Assembly: GCA_964057225.1 (NCBI GenBank)
Contig: OZ059895.1
Location: forward strand, 12,896,001-12,960,000
Direction of reading: 5' to 3'
From: Auanema rhodensis
Lineage: Eukaryota; Animalia; Nematoda
Length of the DNA: 64,000 bases
Shown here: in pieces, positions 49,470-59,348 of the stretch
Layout: each line of letters begins with the position of its first letter
How positions within the stretch are numbered: the stretch's first letter is position 1
Program-made: the position numbers and the translations under genes
Notes under the pieces: generated by a model
Told to the model about the DNA's origin: nothing
What the model saw: the letters and a program-made list of their open reading frames with translations, nothing else
The model's database searches: none

Positions 49470-52400
49470 TGGATCGGTTCCATTCAACCTCTACATGCAA
49501 AGACTAGAAGGATATTTCGATGCCCTTCAAGTCCCTATTGCCGAGAGACTTTCCCATCTCTATCTACTTCTCGGAACGGATAGAGCCGCTGAAGCTCTTC
49601 GAACTATACCAGCAGAAGACTTACGCCAGGGATGGAACCACGTCAAACGCATACTATCGGAAAAATTACAACCTCCAGAAAAGAGAGATGCAGCATTCAC
49701 AAAACTCACTCATTTGAAACAAGGAGAGCACGAAACGGTACAAAATTTCGCTCAACGCTGCAGAAACCTTGCCTACGAATCATGCAACATGGACTCGACA
49801 GCCGATGAAAGAATACTACGAGTTTCATTCTTAGGAGGACTACGAAAGACTTTAAGAACACATGTCAATAACCGCAGCCCTATCACCTTTGATGCAGCCG
49901 TGACTATTGCCGAAACTGTGGAAGCTGACGAGGATCCTTCGCTCTTGATCAACAACTTGATTAAAGACGTGGAGCAACTAGAGATTATTAACGGTCTCAT
50001 AAACCACATGAGAGCATCACAACAGGAGAAAATCTATGACGGACCACAAACACACCAATCAAGAACATTCTATGGAAATCAATCAAGACCACAACACCCA
50101 CAAGAGCAATGGAATCAAAGAAGAGGAGGATACCGCTCACCAAGATACCAAGAGGATCGACAAAATAACCGTCACAACTTCAGACAGGATAACAGAAACA
50201 ATGGATATCAACGAGGATACAACAATTATCGTAGCCCCCAACGGTACGATAGATACAATGATCGATACAACAGCAGAGGAAACGATCGCTATGATAGCAA
50301 AAGGAATGATCGACAGGAGCACAGAGGAAACGACCGATACAACCGCGGAAACTGTCCTGATCGCGGATTTCAACAACGAAATCGCAGCACTTCATATGGA
50401 CCACATAACAGGCACAGAGATCGCACAAGAAGCCCCAGCGTCAGTTTTCACGTTAACAAAGTAGAAAAGGAAACAGTCAAAACAAAGAAGACACTTCCGT
50501 TCATACCGCTATTCTTATCCGTCATCGCCCTATCTATGATACCTTGCCAGGCAGACAACACCTATCAACTCTGCATTGGCAAACGAGGAGGTATTTTCCT
50601 CGAACCACCTCGCCCAACCACCTGCTCAGACTATGCACACAAGGACGGAGTCGAGATAAAAACAGTGGAACTATTTGCAGAAAATATGAATTACAAGGAA
50701 TGGGAAGCATGGAAATGCGCCAAGGAAATCTATAAAACGTGCGCCCACGACTTATTCTTCATCAGGGAAAATAACGTTACATTACTCCGAATAGAACCAG
50801 CCACTCCACAAGAATGCCAAACAGCCATTCAAGAAAGACGACACATGGATAACGACCTCAATCGCGAAGCACCAGGACTATTCAAAGCCCCTATGCCATC
50901 TAATACACAATCAAAATCGTTTTGGGCATCCTCTTGCACAACCAAGTCAAGATTCACCTTAGAAAGAGGAATGATGACTAGCCTACACGATGACACTATA
51001 ATCTCCGACTTATTCATCAACACTGAAGGATGCACTAAGCAACAAGGAGTATGCAACACCACCAACGCAGTTATCACATGGATCCCACCCAATGATCATC
51101 GAAATTGCGACTACACGACATTAGGGAAATTCGAAGCACTAATCAACAATGATACTGTATTAATCTCGGAAATACAAGGAGCATTCATTCTCAAAAACAA
51201 CACGCCAGACCCTACAGCTACAAGATGTATGAATGCAAGCATCTACTCAACTGATAGTGGTACGTACATTTCCATCAAGGACTTAAAAACACACCGACGT
51301 CAAAAGAGGATGGCACCCCAAGAATACCCTACGAGATTCTTCAATATCACTATCTACGAATCACTTCGCCTCACAGACAGTTCTACAGGTATACTACCTA
51401 TGTACCAGACATATCGAAATAGGAAAAGACTGGACAACGCTTATAACCTTATGGAATATCTCAAGACATCTAGCGTACACATAGGTTTCATCAAATTCCT
51501 ACAACTAGATTCATCAAAACTGAAGAACCGACTCTTATGGCACAACTACACTGACATCAACATGGTTATCCTGCACACACTTGCAGAAGCTGAGATTCGA
51601 CTTTCTACGAAAATTGCCATCGAACACCTACTGCCATCAGAGATCACGGCAAAACTCAGCAAGCAAATCACTATCAGCGACTTTGCCACACGTCTACTCA
51701 ACTACGAAGGCGATTATCTCGACCGAGCAAGACAAATAGCAATTGAAATAGCTCATACACCTACCACTCTGGCAACAGGAGAGACTATTCCATCAATGGA
51801 GGACTATCTGTACCAACTGTACCCACCCAGGATGACAAAACTGCCTAGATCACGCACTGACACACAGTTCTACACCCAGATGGATCAAATACAGGAGTTT
51901 CTTGATTATCTAGAGCAAAACAATCGTCTAACTCGGATATCAAAAGAACAAAGAGAGACAGAAAATAAGAAATGGGCAGATCTCACAAAACAGGCAAATT
52001 CGTCAGCAATCGTCTTTCCCAACTATACCCTCATCTTCAACGGACACGCACAAAATTATGGGTTGCCCAAAAATCAACCTACAATCAGACCTATCACGGA
52101 TGAAGACAGCAAATTATTTCAACAAGCATATCTTCAGCTCATTGAGTCACCTGGTGCTAGCCCCACAACCACCACTACTACAACCACCACAACCACTACA
52201 TCGACTACCACATCAACTGCTCCGACAACTACTACTCATCGGACGTCTCCACCTCAACCTACAACTACACCAAGGAGATATTACTATTACCAGAGTACAA
52301 CAACTCCAGTAACTCCACCACCACGCCCTCTCACTACCACACCTCGCAGAGAACCTCCTAGGACAATTCCCACAACTCGGATTACCACAAAACGAGCAAC

Positions 52401-53094
52401 AACAACTCAACCGGTAGAGGAAATTAAATCTCACACAGGATCACAAGCACACCTCAATTTCCTACGAACACGAGCAGATATTATTCAAAAATACGATGAT
52501 CAACTACGACAACAAGATACAAGGTCTCACCTCCAATACTCTACGTCAAAACTCGAGGAGGAAATCTTACAAGCTTTCCAAATAACAAAGAAAAGCGTTT
52601 GCAGAATGCAAAATAAACAGCTACTTACCTGGTGGGCAATCCTGCAAATTAATCCGACCATAGGAATTCGCACTATGCTTCGTCGACAGGACATTTCAGC
52701 CAAATTCGTCGGAGAACATCTCATCTACGTCATGCCATGCACCCCTGTACAAATAACACATGTATATTCGGATCACAAACGAGACGATAAATGTTACCTG
52801 GAGACGCCTGTAGACACGGAACATCACGGCAAACTATTCATTACACCAGGATCAAGAGATTTGACACCATATGCTCACATCATAGCATGCGATATGGCTA
52901 CATCAGATCCCTACAAAATAAACAATCAATGGATGAAAGATAATTCAACATTGAATGTAACTCACTTCTCATTTTCGGATGAACTCACATCTGTAAAAAT
53001 TGATCACATTAAGTTCAACAATTCCAACATATTTTCAAACCTCACGGAGTCAACATTTCCAATGGCACTGGCTATCTCCTACGGATCGAGCTAA
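49354..53094 (+). CDS. Gag (capsid plus R/N/D/Y-rich region) fused to a class III viral fusion glycoprotein ectodomain
   Basis: Capsid-like PTLYDGSVPF and LKQGEHETVQNFAQR. Internal signal peptide LPFIPLFLSVIALSMIPCQA, a Cys pattern like rhabdovirus G, furin site RRQKR, and gB-like CRMQNKQLLTWWAILQINPT..SAKFVGEHLIYVMPCTPV. Confidence 0.85.
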   Translation: MLQSREVALKLAEQMEQDNSPIARAHNVSIRHHKPTLYDGSVPFNLYMQRLEGYFDALQVPIAERLSHLYLLLGTDRAAEALRTIPAEDLRQGWNHVKRILSEKLQPPEKRDAAFTKLTHLKQGEHETVQNFAQRCRNLAYESCNMDSTADERILRVSFLGGLRKTLRTHVNNRSPITFDAAVTIAETVEADEDPSLLINNLIKDVEQLEIINGLINHMRASQQEKIYDGPQTHQSRTFYGNQSRPQHPQEQWNQRRGGYRSPRYQEDRQNNRHNFRQDNRNNGYQRGYNNYRSPQRYDRYNDRYNSRGNDRYDSKRNDRQEHRGNDRYNRGNCPDRGFQQRNRSTSYGPHNRHRDRTRSPSVSFHVNKVEKETVKTKKTLPFIPLFLSVIALSMIPCQADNTYQLCIGKRGGIFLEPPRPTTCSDYAHKDGVEIKTVELFAENMNYKEWEAWKCAKEIYKTCAHDLFFIRENNVTLLRIEPATPQECQTAIQERRHMDNDLNREAPGLFKAPMPSNTQSKSFWASSCTTKSRFTLERGMMTSLHDDTIISDLFINTEGCTKQQGVCNTTNAVITWIPPNDHRNCDYTTLGKFEALINNDTVLISEIQGAFILKNNTPDPTATRCMNASIYSTDSGTYISIKDLKTHRRQKRMAPQEYPTRFFNITIYESLRLTDSSTGILPMYQTYRNRKRLDNAYNLMEYLKTSSVHIGFIKFLQLDSSKLKNRLLWHNYTDINMVILHTLAEAEIRLSTKIAIEHLLPSEITAKLSKQITISDFATRLLNYEGDYLDRARQIAIEIAHTPTTLATGETIPSMEDYLYQLYPPRMTKLPRSRTDTQFYTQMDQIQEFLDYLEQNNRLTRISKEQRETENKKWADLTKQANSSAIVFPNYTLIFNGHAQNYGLPKNQPTIRPITDEDSKLFQQAYLQLIESPGASPTTTTTTTTTTTTSTTTSTAPTTTTHRTSPPQPTTTPRRYYYYQSTTTPVTPPPRPLTTTPRREPPRTIPTTRITTKRATTTQPVEEIKSHTGSQAHLNFLRTRADIIQKYDDQLRQQDTRSHLQYSTSKLEEEILQAFQITKKSVCRMQNKQLLTWWAILQINPTIGIRTMLRRQDISAKFVGEHLIYVMPCTPVQITHVYSDHKRDDKCYLETPVDTEHHGKLFITPGSRDLTPYAHIIACDMATSDPYKINNQWMKDNSTLNVTHFSFSDELTSVKIDHIKFNNSNIFSNLTESTFPMALAISYGSS

Positions 53095-53205
53095 GCATCC
53101 TTACAAGCCACTCTGCCAGGAAAGCTGAAACCAGTCTTCAAACAGTCTGGATTCTCTAATCTAAATCCAATAGGCATTATAGGAGGAACAGTTGGAACGA
53201 CATTA

Positions 53206-56200
53206 ATGTTAGCAGATAACATATCAAACAACGCAGAAAAACAAATCACAAATTTCTTCGAATATGTAGGAGAATCAATTACAGCATGGATACTAAGGAC
53301 ACTAGCCATTATTGGAGGAATTCTCGTCGCAATAGGACTTATAACTGCTACCATCTGGGCATTAAAAATATATGCATGTACCACAAGGATACCAATCAAT
53401 CAAATAACATTCAAAGAAGAAGAAGAAGAACCAAGGCGAGAAAATAAAGAAATCGAACTTCAGCAATTACAACCACTGAATAAATCTCAACAAAACAAAT
53501 TCTATTCAAGAATCTCCCGATACGATCCCGACGCTCCACTATCAGACAACGACTTTCTAGCCTATCTACCACGATACGCCATGAAAGAATCAAGGATTAA
53601 CTACATCGGAGGATCACGACTACCTTTCGTACCTCTCTCCATCCACAATCAGATCTTTACTGCTTTATGGGACACAGGAGCTTCTATATCATATATGAAG
53701 GAAAGCACATTTCAACAACTACCGGCAGCAACGATGGTTGGTGAAAAGACAACAGCTATCGTAGCAAACAAATCACGGTTTTCCTTCCTGGGCTACACAA
53801 GACTTCCAATTGTTATTGGAAAAACAGAGATTGAGCACAAAATACTGATTTCTGCCAACAACCACTGCCCAGCACCTATCTTATTAGGAGTAGACTTTAT
53901 AGAAGCCCTCAGCAAAATAGGAATAAATACATCATTGCGACCACTTCAGAATTCATTGCTAGTCGGAGATACAATAGTACCTCTAGCACAAGACTACTCA
54001 CCGTGGACCGAGAACCACACGATAGCTCATGTAGTAAGCCTGGAAACTAAACAGTTTTACCCAGGAGAAACCAGATCGCTCACGTTGGAAGTAGACGATC
54101 CAGCATCATACGAACAAGCTTTTATAAGAAGTTCACAACGAATAGGAAAAATGACTTTCGCCCCTACAACTTTCACGCCAACAGGATACGGGGTTCAGAT
54201 ATTCGCTACAAATATCTCACCCGAAACAATCAAAATTAAAACAAATCAAGGAATCGGAACTGCTTACGCTATCCCAAAAGATATCAAAGAACAAAAAGGA
54301 CAATACGTCCCACCGGAAGCAAGATGGGAAGAACAACTACCATACTTCCCAGACGACTTCATAAAGGATCTCGACGTAACAAACACCATCTTCACCCAAT
54401 TGGAAAGACAAGAATTAAAGAAAATAGTACTTAGAAATAAGGAAGCTTTCTTGAACGAGGATCGCAATATCGGACTTTGTAAAGGACCAGTGGAACATAA
54501 TATACCTATCATACCAGGAAAATTTCCATCATTTCAAATCACATACAGGATCCCTCTAACTCAACAAGAAGAAGTCGAAAAACAGGTGGAGGAAATGCTC
54601 GAACAAGGTATAATAGAACCATCAATTTCTATTACCACAAGTCCCGTTATACTCGTCAAAAAGAAGGACAAAACATACCGTTTTGTTACGGATTTTCGAG
54701 CATTAAATGCCATAACACTGAAGCAGATATACGTCATTTCAAACATACAAGATATTCTCGATCTAGCAGCAGGAGCATGCATCTTCACTAACTTTGATTT
54801 GGTATCAGGATTCTTCCAAATACCTCTGCGTAAAGAAGATCGACATTTAACAGCATTTACTACAACTAGTGGTACATATCAATACTGTCGAATGCCCATG
54901 GGACTCTGTGGAGCCCCACATACATTCCAAAACGCAGTACGGTACCTACAACAACATGTACGCTGCAAACTCTTCGTATATCTAGACGATCTTCTGCTTA
55001 TATCAAAATCAACCACACAACACCTTCAAGATATCGAAGAAGTTTTGAGAGTAGCAATAGAGCTAGGATTCAAAATTAAGCAGAAGAAATGCACCTTTGG
55101 ACAAAGAGAAGTCAAGTTTCTCGGATTTATAGTCGGATATGAGGGAAAAAAACCGGACCCTCAGAAAATTAAAGCCATCAGAGACTACCCCAGACCAAAG
55201 TCAACAACAGGAGTCAGAGCTTTCATGGGCGTCGTTAACTACTTTCGAAGATTCATCAAAAATGCCGCGGGAATTGCCTCACCTCTCTACGACCTCACAA
55301 AAAAGGATAAAGCTTTCACATGGGGAGACAAAGAAGAAAAATCTTTCCAACACCTGAAGAAAGCCCTTTGTCAAGCACCGGTTCTTCAGGCACCTAGAGC
55401 AAAACGACCATACGTAGTTGAAAGCGACGGAAGCATAATTGCAGTAGGAGCAGTTCTATTGCAATCTGCGGATGATCAAGAACCATTGCACCCAATAGCT
55501 TTCGCTAGCCGTAAACTAAACAAAGCAGAAAGGAACTACCCCCCGATTGAGATCGAAGCCTTAGCCCTAACTTTCGCAGTTCATCAGTTTCGCACCTACA
55601 TCTTAGGAGCACCGATCAAAATCATAACCGATCATAGACCCTTAACTAGCCTTATGACAAGAAAAGACCTCATAGGAAGACTAGCCAAATTTCAAATAGT
55701 ACTCCAAGAGTATGATATTGAAATTATCTATCGCCCAGGACGTCTTAATAGCGTTTGTGACGCATTATCAAGATACTTCGAAGACGAAATCAACGAAGCG
55801 AAGGAAAGAAAGAAGAAAACGAAAGAATCTCCCACGCATCAAATCTCTACTATTACAACTATCACGGACCTTCGGACAATTCAAGAGGAAACAGAATGGA
55901 TCATGGAAACAAAAGAAAAGATTCAGAACAAAACAGCAGGAAGGCAACTAACAGATCGATATATAGTTCAAAATAATATTCTCTATGCAAAGCCAAAAAC
56001 AGCATTCCAAACACCTCGAGCCGTTCTACCCAATGATCCAACAATTACTACAGCAATAATTGATAAGTTTCATAAGGACCCATTACTAGGAGCTCATCTA
56101 GGAATCAACAAAACACATGACTCAATTCTACGCCGTTATACATGGACAGGAATGCAAGAAGATATCACCAACTACGTCAACAGATGTCTTCAGTGCGCAA

Positions 56201-57684
56201 AAAGGAAAAATAACCCGCATGAAGCAACGGTGGAACCCATGAGAAACTTTCCCACCGTTTCACAACCTTGGGAAAGAGTTCACATGGACATTCTCGGACC
56301 ACTACCACGAACACAAAACGGGAACAGATATATCTTATCAATACAGGACGCGTTCTCCAAATGGATAATAGCAACACCATTATTAAGACAAACATCAGAA
56401 GAAATCATAACAGCAATTAAGAAAAACCTGTTCTTTGTTTTCGGACCACCAAAAAGGATCATAACGGACAACGGATCCAATTTTGTTTCTCACGAATTCA
56501 AAACAATGTGCGAACAACTAGGTTCCGAGCATCATACAACTATGCCATATTACAAGAATGCAAATGGACAAGTGGAACGACTACACAGAACACTAGAAGA
56601 AGCACTAACGTCGTACGTAAATACGGAACAGGACAATTGGGATGATATACTACCTAAGATAGTATTCACACTCAACAGGCTACCTAATGCCACAACTCGC
56701 ACACCGCCCTACGATTGTATCTTTGGTCAGGCAGCGCGACTACCAATCGACCACAACCTGGACACTCCCGCACCCACTCTCAAACCCACAGGAGATTTAC
56801 ATGAGAAAATATACGAAAGGATAACAAGGAACAATGAGAAGATGAAGAAGAAATACGACGAGGCACACAAGATACAAGAACGAGAACTCTACGTGGATAA
56901 CAGAGCTCTCGTCAAACGGGCAAAGCCCACCAACAAACTGCAAGCAGTCAGTGATGGACCGTACCTCATAAAAGAAATAAATAAAAATAATGTCATATTA
57001 GCAGATGACGACGGGAATAGAATACGGGCTCATAAGAATAATATAAGATACTTTCCACCCGATGACAATAACATCGAGGAAAGCGAGCACGGCAGAAATG
57101 ACGCGGGATCCGCTATTTATAGCAACAGGTCCCGGCACGATCAGGTCAATACGCGCGCTCAGAACAACGGTCAAGCCACGCCCCCAATTTCTGATTCGGA
57201 CAGCGATAACGAGGACGAGTTCTACGAACAAAGCCGACCTATAATAACAACTAAAGAAACAATAACACCGCAGGAAGATACGTTGGAAAGACAACAAGAA
57301 AGTTATCAATCGGAATCTGGACTAGATACAGCAGACAAGACATCTACGAACAAAGAAGAAAACAACCAATTCCAACAATTGGTCGACAAAATTGGAGAAG
57401 AAACAAGACAAGAGCTCTACGAAGAAAGACAAAAAGAGTTACCTACAATCAAAAGATGGAGCTCAGCTCTCAAATTGGCATTCGGTTTAGAAGACAAAAA
57501 TCCGATTACTCCTCCAAAACCGTTTCACGTACCAATAAGGTACAACAGCGTGATACCCCCTTTAAAACCTAAAAGTAGGCTTACACGCTCTCAGATACCT
57601 GATGCCCATATCAATTTACCAAACACATCGGTTGAACGAAAGAAACGACCTTCAACAGTGATAGGAGGACCAACAACTATCTGA
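53206..57684 (+). CDS. Glycoprotein TM anchor plus Gypsy Pol (PR, RT, RNase H, integrase); same frame as the upstream ORF, separated by one TAA
   Basis: TM segment WILRTLAIIGGILVAIGLITATIWAL; PR DTGA; RT YLDD; RNase H ESDGS and TDHRPL; IN H..H..CLQC, HMDILGP, TDNG, NGQVER and a GPY motif. Confidence 0.95.
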   Translation: MLADNISNNAEKQITNFFEYVGESITAWILRTLAIIGGILVAIGLITATIWALKIYACTTRIPINQITFKEEEEEPRRENKEIELQQLQPLNKSQQNKFYSRISRYDPDAPLSDNDFLAYLPRYAMKESRINYIGGSRLPFVPLSIHNQIFTALWDTGASISYMKESTFQQLPAATMVGEKTTAIVANKSRFSFLGYTRLPIVIGKTEIEHKILISANNHCPAPILLGVDFIEALSKIGINTSLRPLQNSLLVGDTIVPLAQDYSPWTENHTIAHVVSLETKQFYPGETRSLTLEVDDPASYEQAFIRSSQRIGKMTFAPTTFTPTGYGVQIFATNISPETIKIKTNQGIGTAYAIPKDIKEQKGQYVPPEARWEEQLPYFPDDFIKDLDVTNTIFTQLERQELKKIVLRNKEAFLNEDRNIGLCKGPVEHNIPIIPGKFPSFQITYRIPLTQQEEVEKQVEEMLEQGIIEPSISITTSPVILVKKKDKTYRFVTDFRALNAITLKQIYVISNIQDILDLAAGACIFTNFDLVSGFFQIPLRKEDRHLTAFTTTSGTYQYCRMPMGLCGAPHTFQNAVRYLQQHVRCKLFVYLDDLLLISKSTTQHLQDIEEVLRVAIELGFKIKQKKCTFGQREVKFLGFIVGYEGKKPDPQKIKAIRDYPRPKSTTGVRAFMGVVNYFRRFIKNAAGIASPLYDLTKKDKAFTWGDKEEKSFQHLKKALCQAPVLQAPRAKRPYVVESDGSIIAVGAVLLQSADDQEPLHPIAFASRKLNKAERNYPPIEIEALALTFAVHQFRTYILGAPIKIITDHRPLTSLMTRKDLIGRLAKFQIVLQEYDIEIIYRPGRLNSVCDALSRYFEDEINEAKERKKKTKESPTHQISTITTITDLRTIQEETEWIMETKEKIQNKTAGRQLTDRYIVQNNILYAKPKTAFQTPRAVLPNDPTITTAIIDKFHKDPLLGAHLGINKTHDSILRRYTWTGMQEDITNYVNRCLQCAKRKNNPHEATVEPMRNFPTVSQPWERVHMDILGPLPRTQNGNRYILSIQDAFSKWIIATPLLRQTSEEIITAIKKNLFFVFGPPKRIITDNGSNFVSHEFKTMCEQLGSEHHTTMPYYKNANGQVERLHRTLEEALTSYVNTEQDNWDDILPKIVFTLNRLPNATTRTPPYDCIFGQAARLPIDHNLDTPAPTLKPTGDLHEKIYERITRNNEKMKKKYDEAHKIQERELYVDNRALVKRAKPTNKLQAVSDGPYLIKEINKNNVILADDDGNRIRAHKNNIRYFPPDDNNIEESEHGRNDAGSAIYSNRSRHDQVNTRAQNNGQATPPISDSDSDNEDEFYEQSRPIITTKETITPQEDTLERQQESYQSESGLDTADKTSTNKEENNQFQQLVDKIGEETRQELYEERQKELPTIKRWSSALKLAFGLEDKNPITPPKPFHVPIRYNSVIPPLKPKSRLTRSQIPDAHINLPNTSVERKKRPSTVIGGPTTI

Positions 57685-57932
57685 AACAAGTTTGAAAATT
57701 CATTTTTTTATCATAATTACTTTATTTATACTTTTGCATCATTTTCCCATTTTTTCTCATCAAACAAACAACAATAATCAGTCATTCAATTTTTCGAAAT
57801 TTGATTTTTTTTTTGTCATCAATCACACTATCTCTCTAAAAATTCTACCTTCTCTGTTCAAAAAAAAAAAAAAAAAAAACGATTCATCACCTGCAGTAAC
57901 CTGAAAAAAAAAAATCCTCCGAATTCGACAAG

Positions 57933-58562
57933 ATGTCGCTCAACCTTCCACCTCTACCCTGCGAGACACCCATCGAAATGATCAAGGAAAAATGGATCAA
58001 CATCCATTCACTCCAAATTGAGCTACAAGAGCTGGAGAAAGACAACCCCAAGAAACTAAAGATTCTTCGGTCCTTCTCGGAGAATCTATCCAGAGTGACT
58101 CTATTGATAGAAACTCTGGAAAGGTTACAATGTTTATGTAACCATGAAGAAGACGAAATGGCCAAAATGGCAAAGAACTGGTTGTCAGCCACCGTCCGCA
58201 CCAAGTTCACCATCCGCAAACTGCGTCAAGAATTAGGCTATTCAATCCCAGAATACGAAGGCAGCGCTGATCTAATCCCGAGATGGGCCGCAGAAGAAAT
58301 CTACAAGAGTTGGACAGAAGAGAGTTTAAACAAGTCCGCAAACCAGTCAATAAGGAAAGCTGGAGAACGAGTTGGCCAAGCATTGAAGATTTTAATGGCA
58401 ACTGGCGCCACCACCCAGAACCAGAAAGATATGAAAAAGAAGATATGCAACCAGACGACAGATTTGCTGACAGATCTCAGTCTCTACTACACATGGACCG
58501 TCGCTGGGCAGCATACAGCAACCGACTTTCAAATGGGACAAATCAATGAGGAGGAAGGATGA
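57933..58562 (+). CDS. Accessory 3' ORF (209 aa, likely helical), function unknown
   Basis: GC-richer open frame between homopolymer-rich non-coding tracts; AATAAA at 58590. Confidence 0.65.
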   Translation: MSLNLPPLPCETPIEMIKEKWINIHSLQIELQELEKDNPKKLKILRSFSENLSRVTLLIETLERLQCLCNHEEDEMAKMAKNWLSATVRTKFTIRKLRQELGYSIPEYEGSADLIPRWAAEEIYKSWTEESLNKSANQSIRKAGERVGQALKILMATGATTQNQKDMKKKICNQTTDLLTDLSLYYTWTVAGQHTATDFQMGQINEEEG

Positions 58563-58782
58563 AAACTGCTAAGAAAGAGGTGATGAATCAATAAAACATT
58601 TTATTTTTATTTTTTTTTTATTTTATCTATTCACTCTATTATTCACTTACCTATTCTATTATTCCTATTCTTGTTTCAATTTTTTTTTTTTTTTTTTTTT
58701 GTTTCAAAAAAAAAAAAAAAAAAAAAACACGAAATCTAATTTCTTATAGCTGAGGTCAGCTAACTTTTTTTCCTATAAGGCA

Positions 58783-59168
58783 TGTTCCATACATAACTTA
58801 TAGAGAAGGCGGTTGACTACGTCAACCGACTTTAGTTTAATCAAATAAAATAAGAAACTAGAATTCGAAAGCTTTTTAGAAAAGATTCCACGGAATAAGG
58901 TGGAACGTAATTCTTTTTATACAAATTCATTCACTTTTTACATTCTATAGTTTGCTATATAAACCCGTAGAAAACACACTAAGGGAGATCTTCTATCATG
59001 TAGTTTTAGACTTTAACTTTACTTGTTTGTAGTTTATAACATTTCCTATTGTAGTTTTCTCTATATAATAAAACGGTTGCTAATTTAACTACTTGTTGAA
59101 CAATGAAACCCTTGCACAAAATCCATCTGAAAACCCTAGTCGGAACCCTAGGGCAATCAAATGGAACG
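58783..59168 (+). repeat. Gypsy 3' LTR, type B (386 bp)
   Basis: Near-identical to the solo LTRs at 59702 and 60621. Confidence 0.93.
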
Positions 59169-59229
59169 AAATTGGAAAAAAAACAATAACGAGGATAAGT
59201 ATGTAAATCATTGAATATCAGGTATTTTC

Positions 59230-59348
59230 GCTTACGACCATACCACGTTGAAAGTACGCCATCCCGTCCGATCTGGCAAGTCAAGCAACGTTGGGCCCGG
59301 TTAGTACTTGGATCGGAGACGGCTTGGGAATCCCGGGTGCCGTAAGCT
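59230..59348 (+). rRNA. 5S rRNA (further full copies start at 60149, 61068, 61597, 62924)
   Basis: Full 119-nt copy, 61 bp downstream of the LTR end. Confidence 0.95.

Larger units (their letters stand above)
47364..59168 (+). mobile_element. Ty3/Gypsy LTR retroelement (11.8 kb) with internal class III-like envelope; two non-identical LTRs, no TSD
   Basis: Both LTRs read TGTTCCATAC...ATGGAACG. A PBS follows the left LTR, the pol order is PR-RT-RH-IN with Gypsy motifs, and both flanks are 5S spacer. Confidence 0.93.

Noticed and set aside
54030-54270. Possible degenerate dUTPase-like domain between protease and RT
   Set aside because: Only a loose beta-strand pattern with no catalytic motifs visible; it needs an HMM or structure search.
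49520-58549. Short alternative-frame and antisense ORFs in the Gypsy element, including 57887-58219
   Set aside because: Shadow frames. A minus-strand TTTCAG near 57901 was noted, but no coherent exon chain could be built from it.
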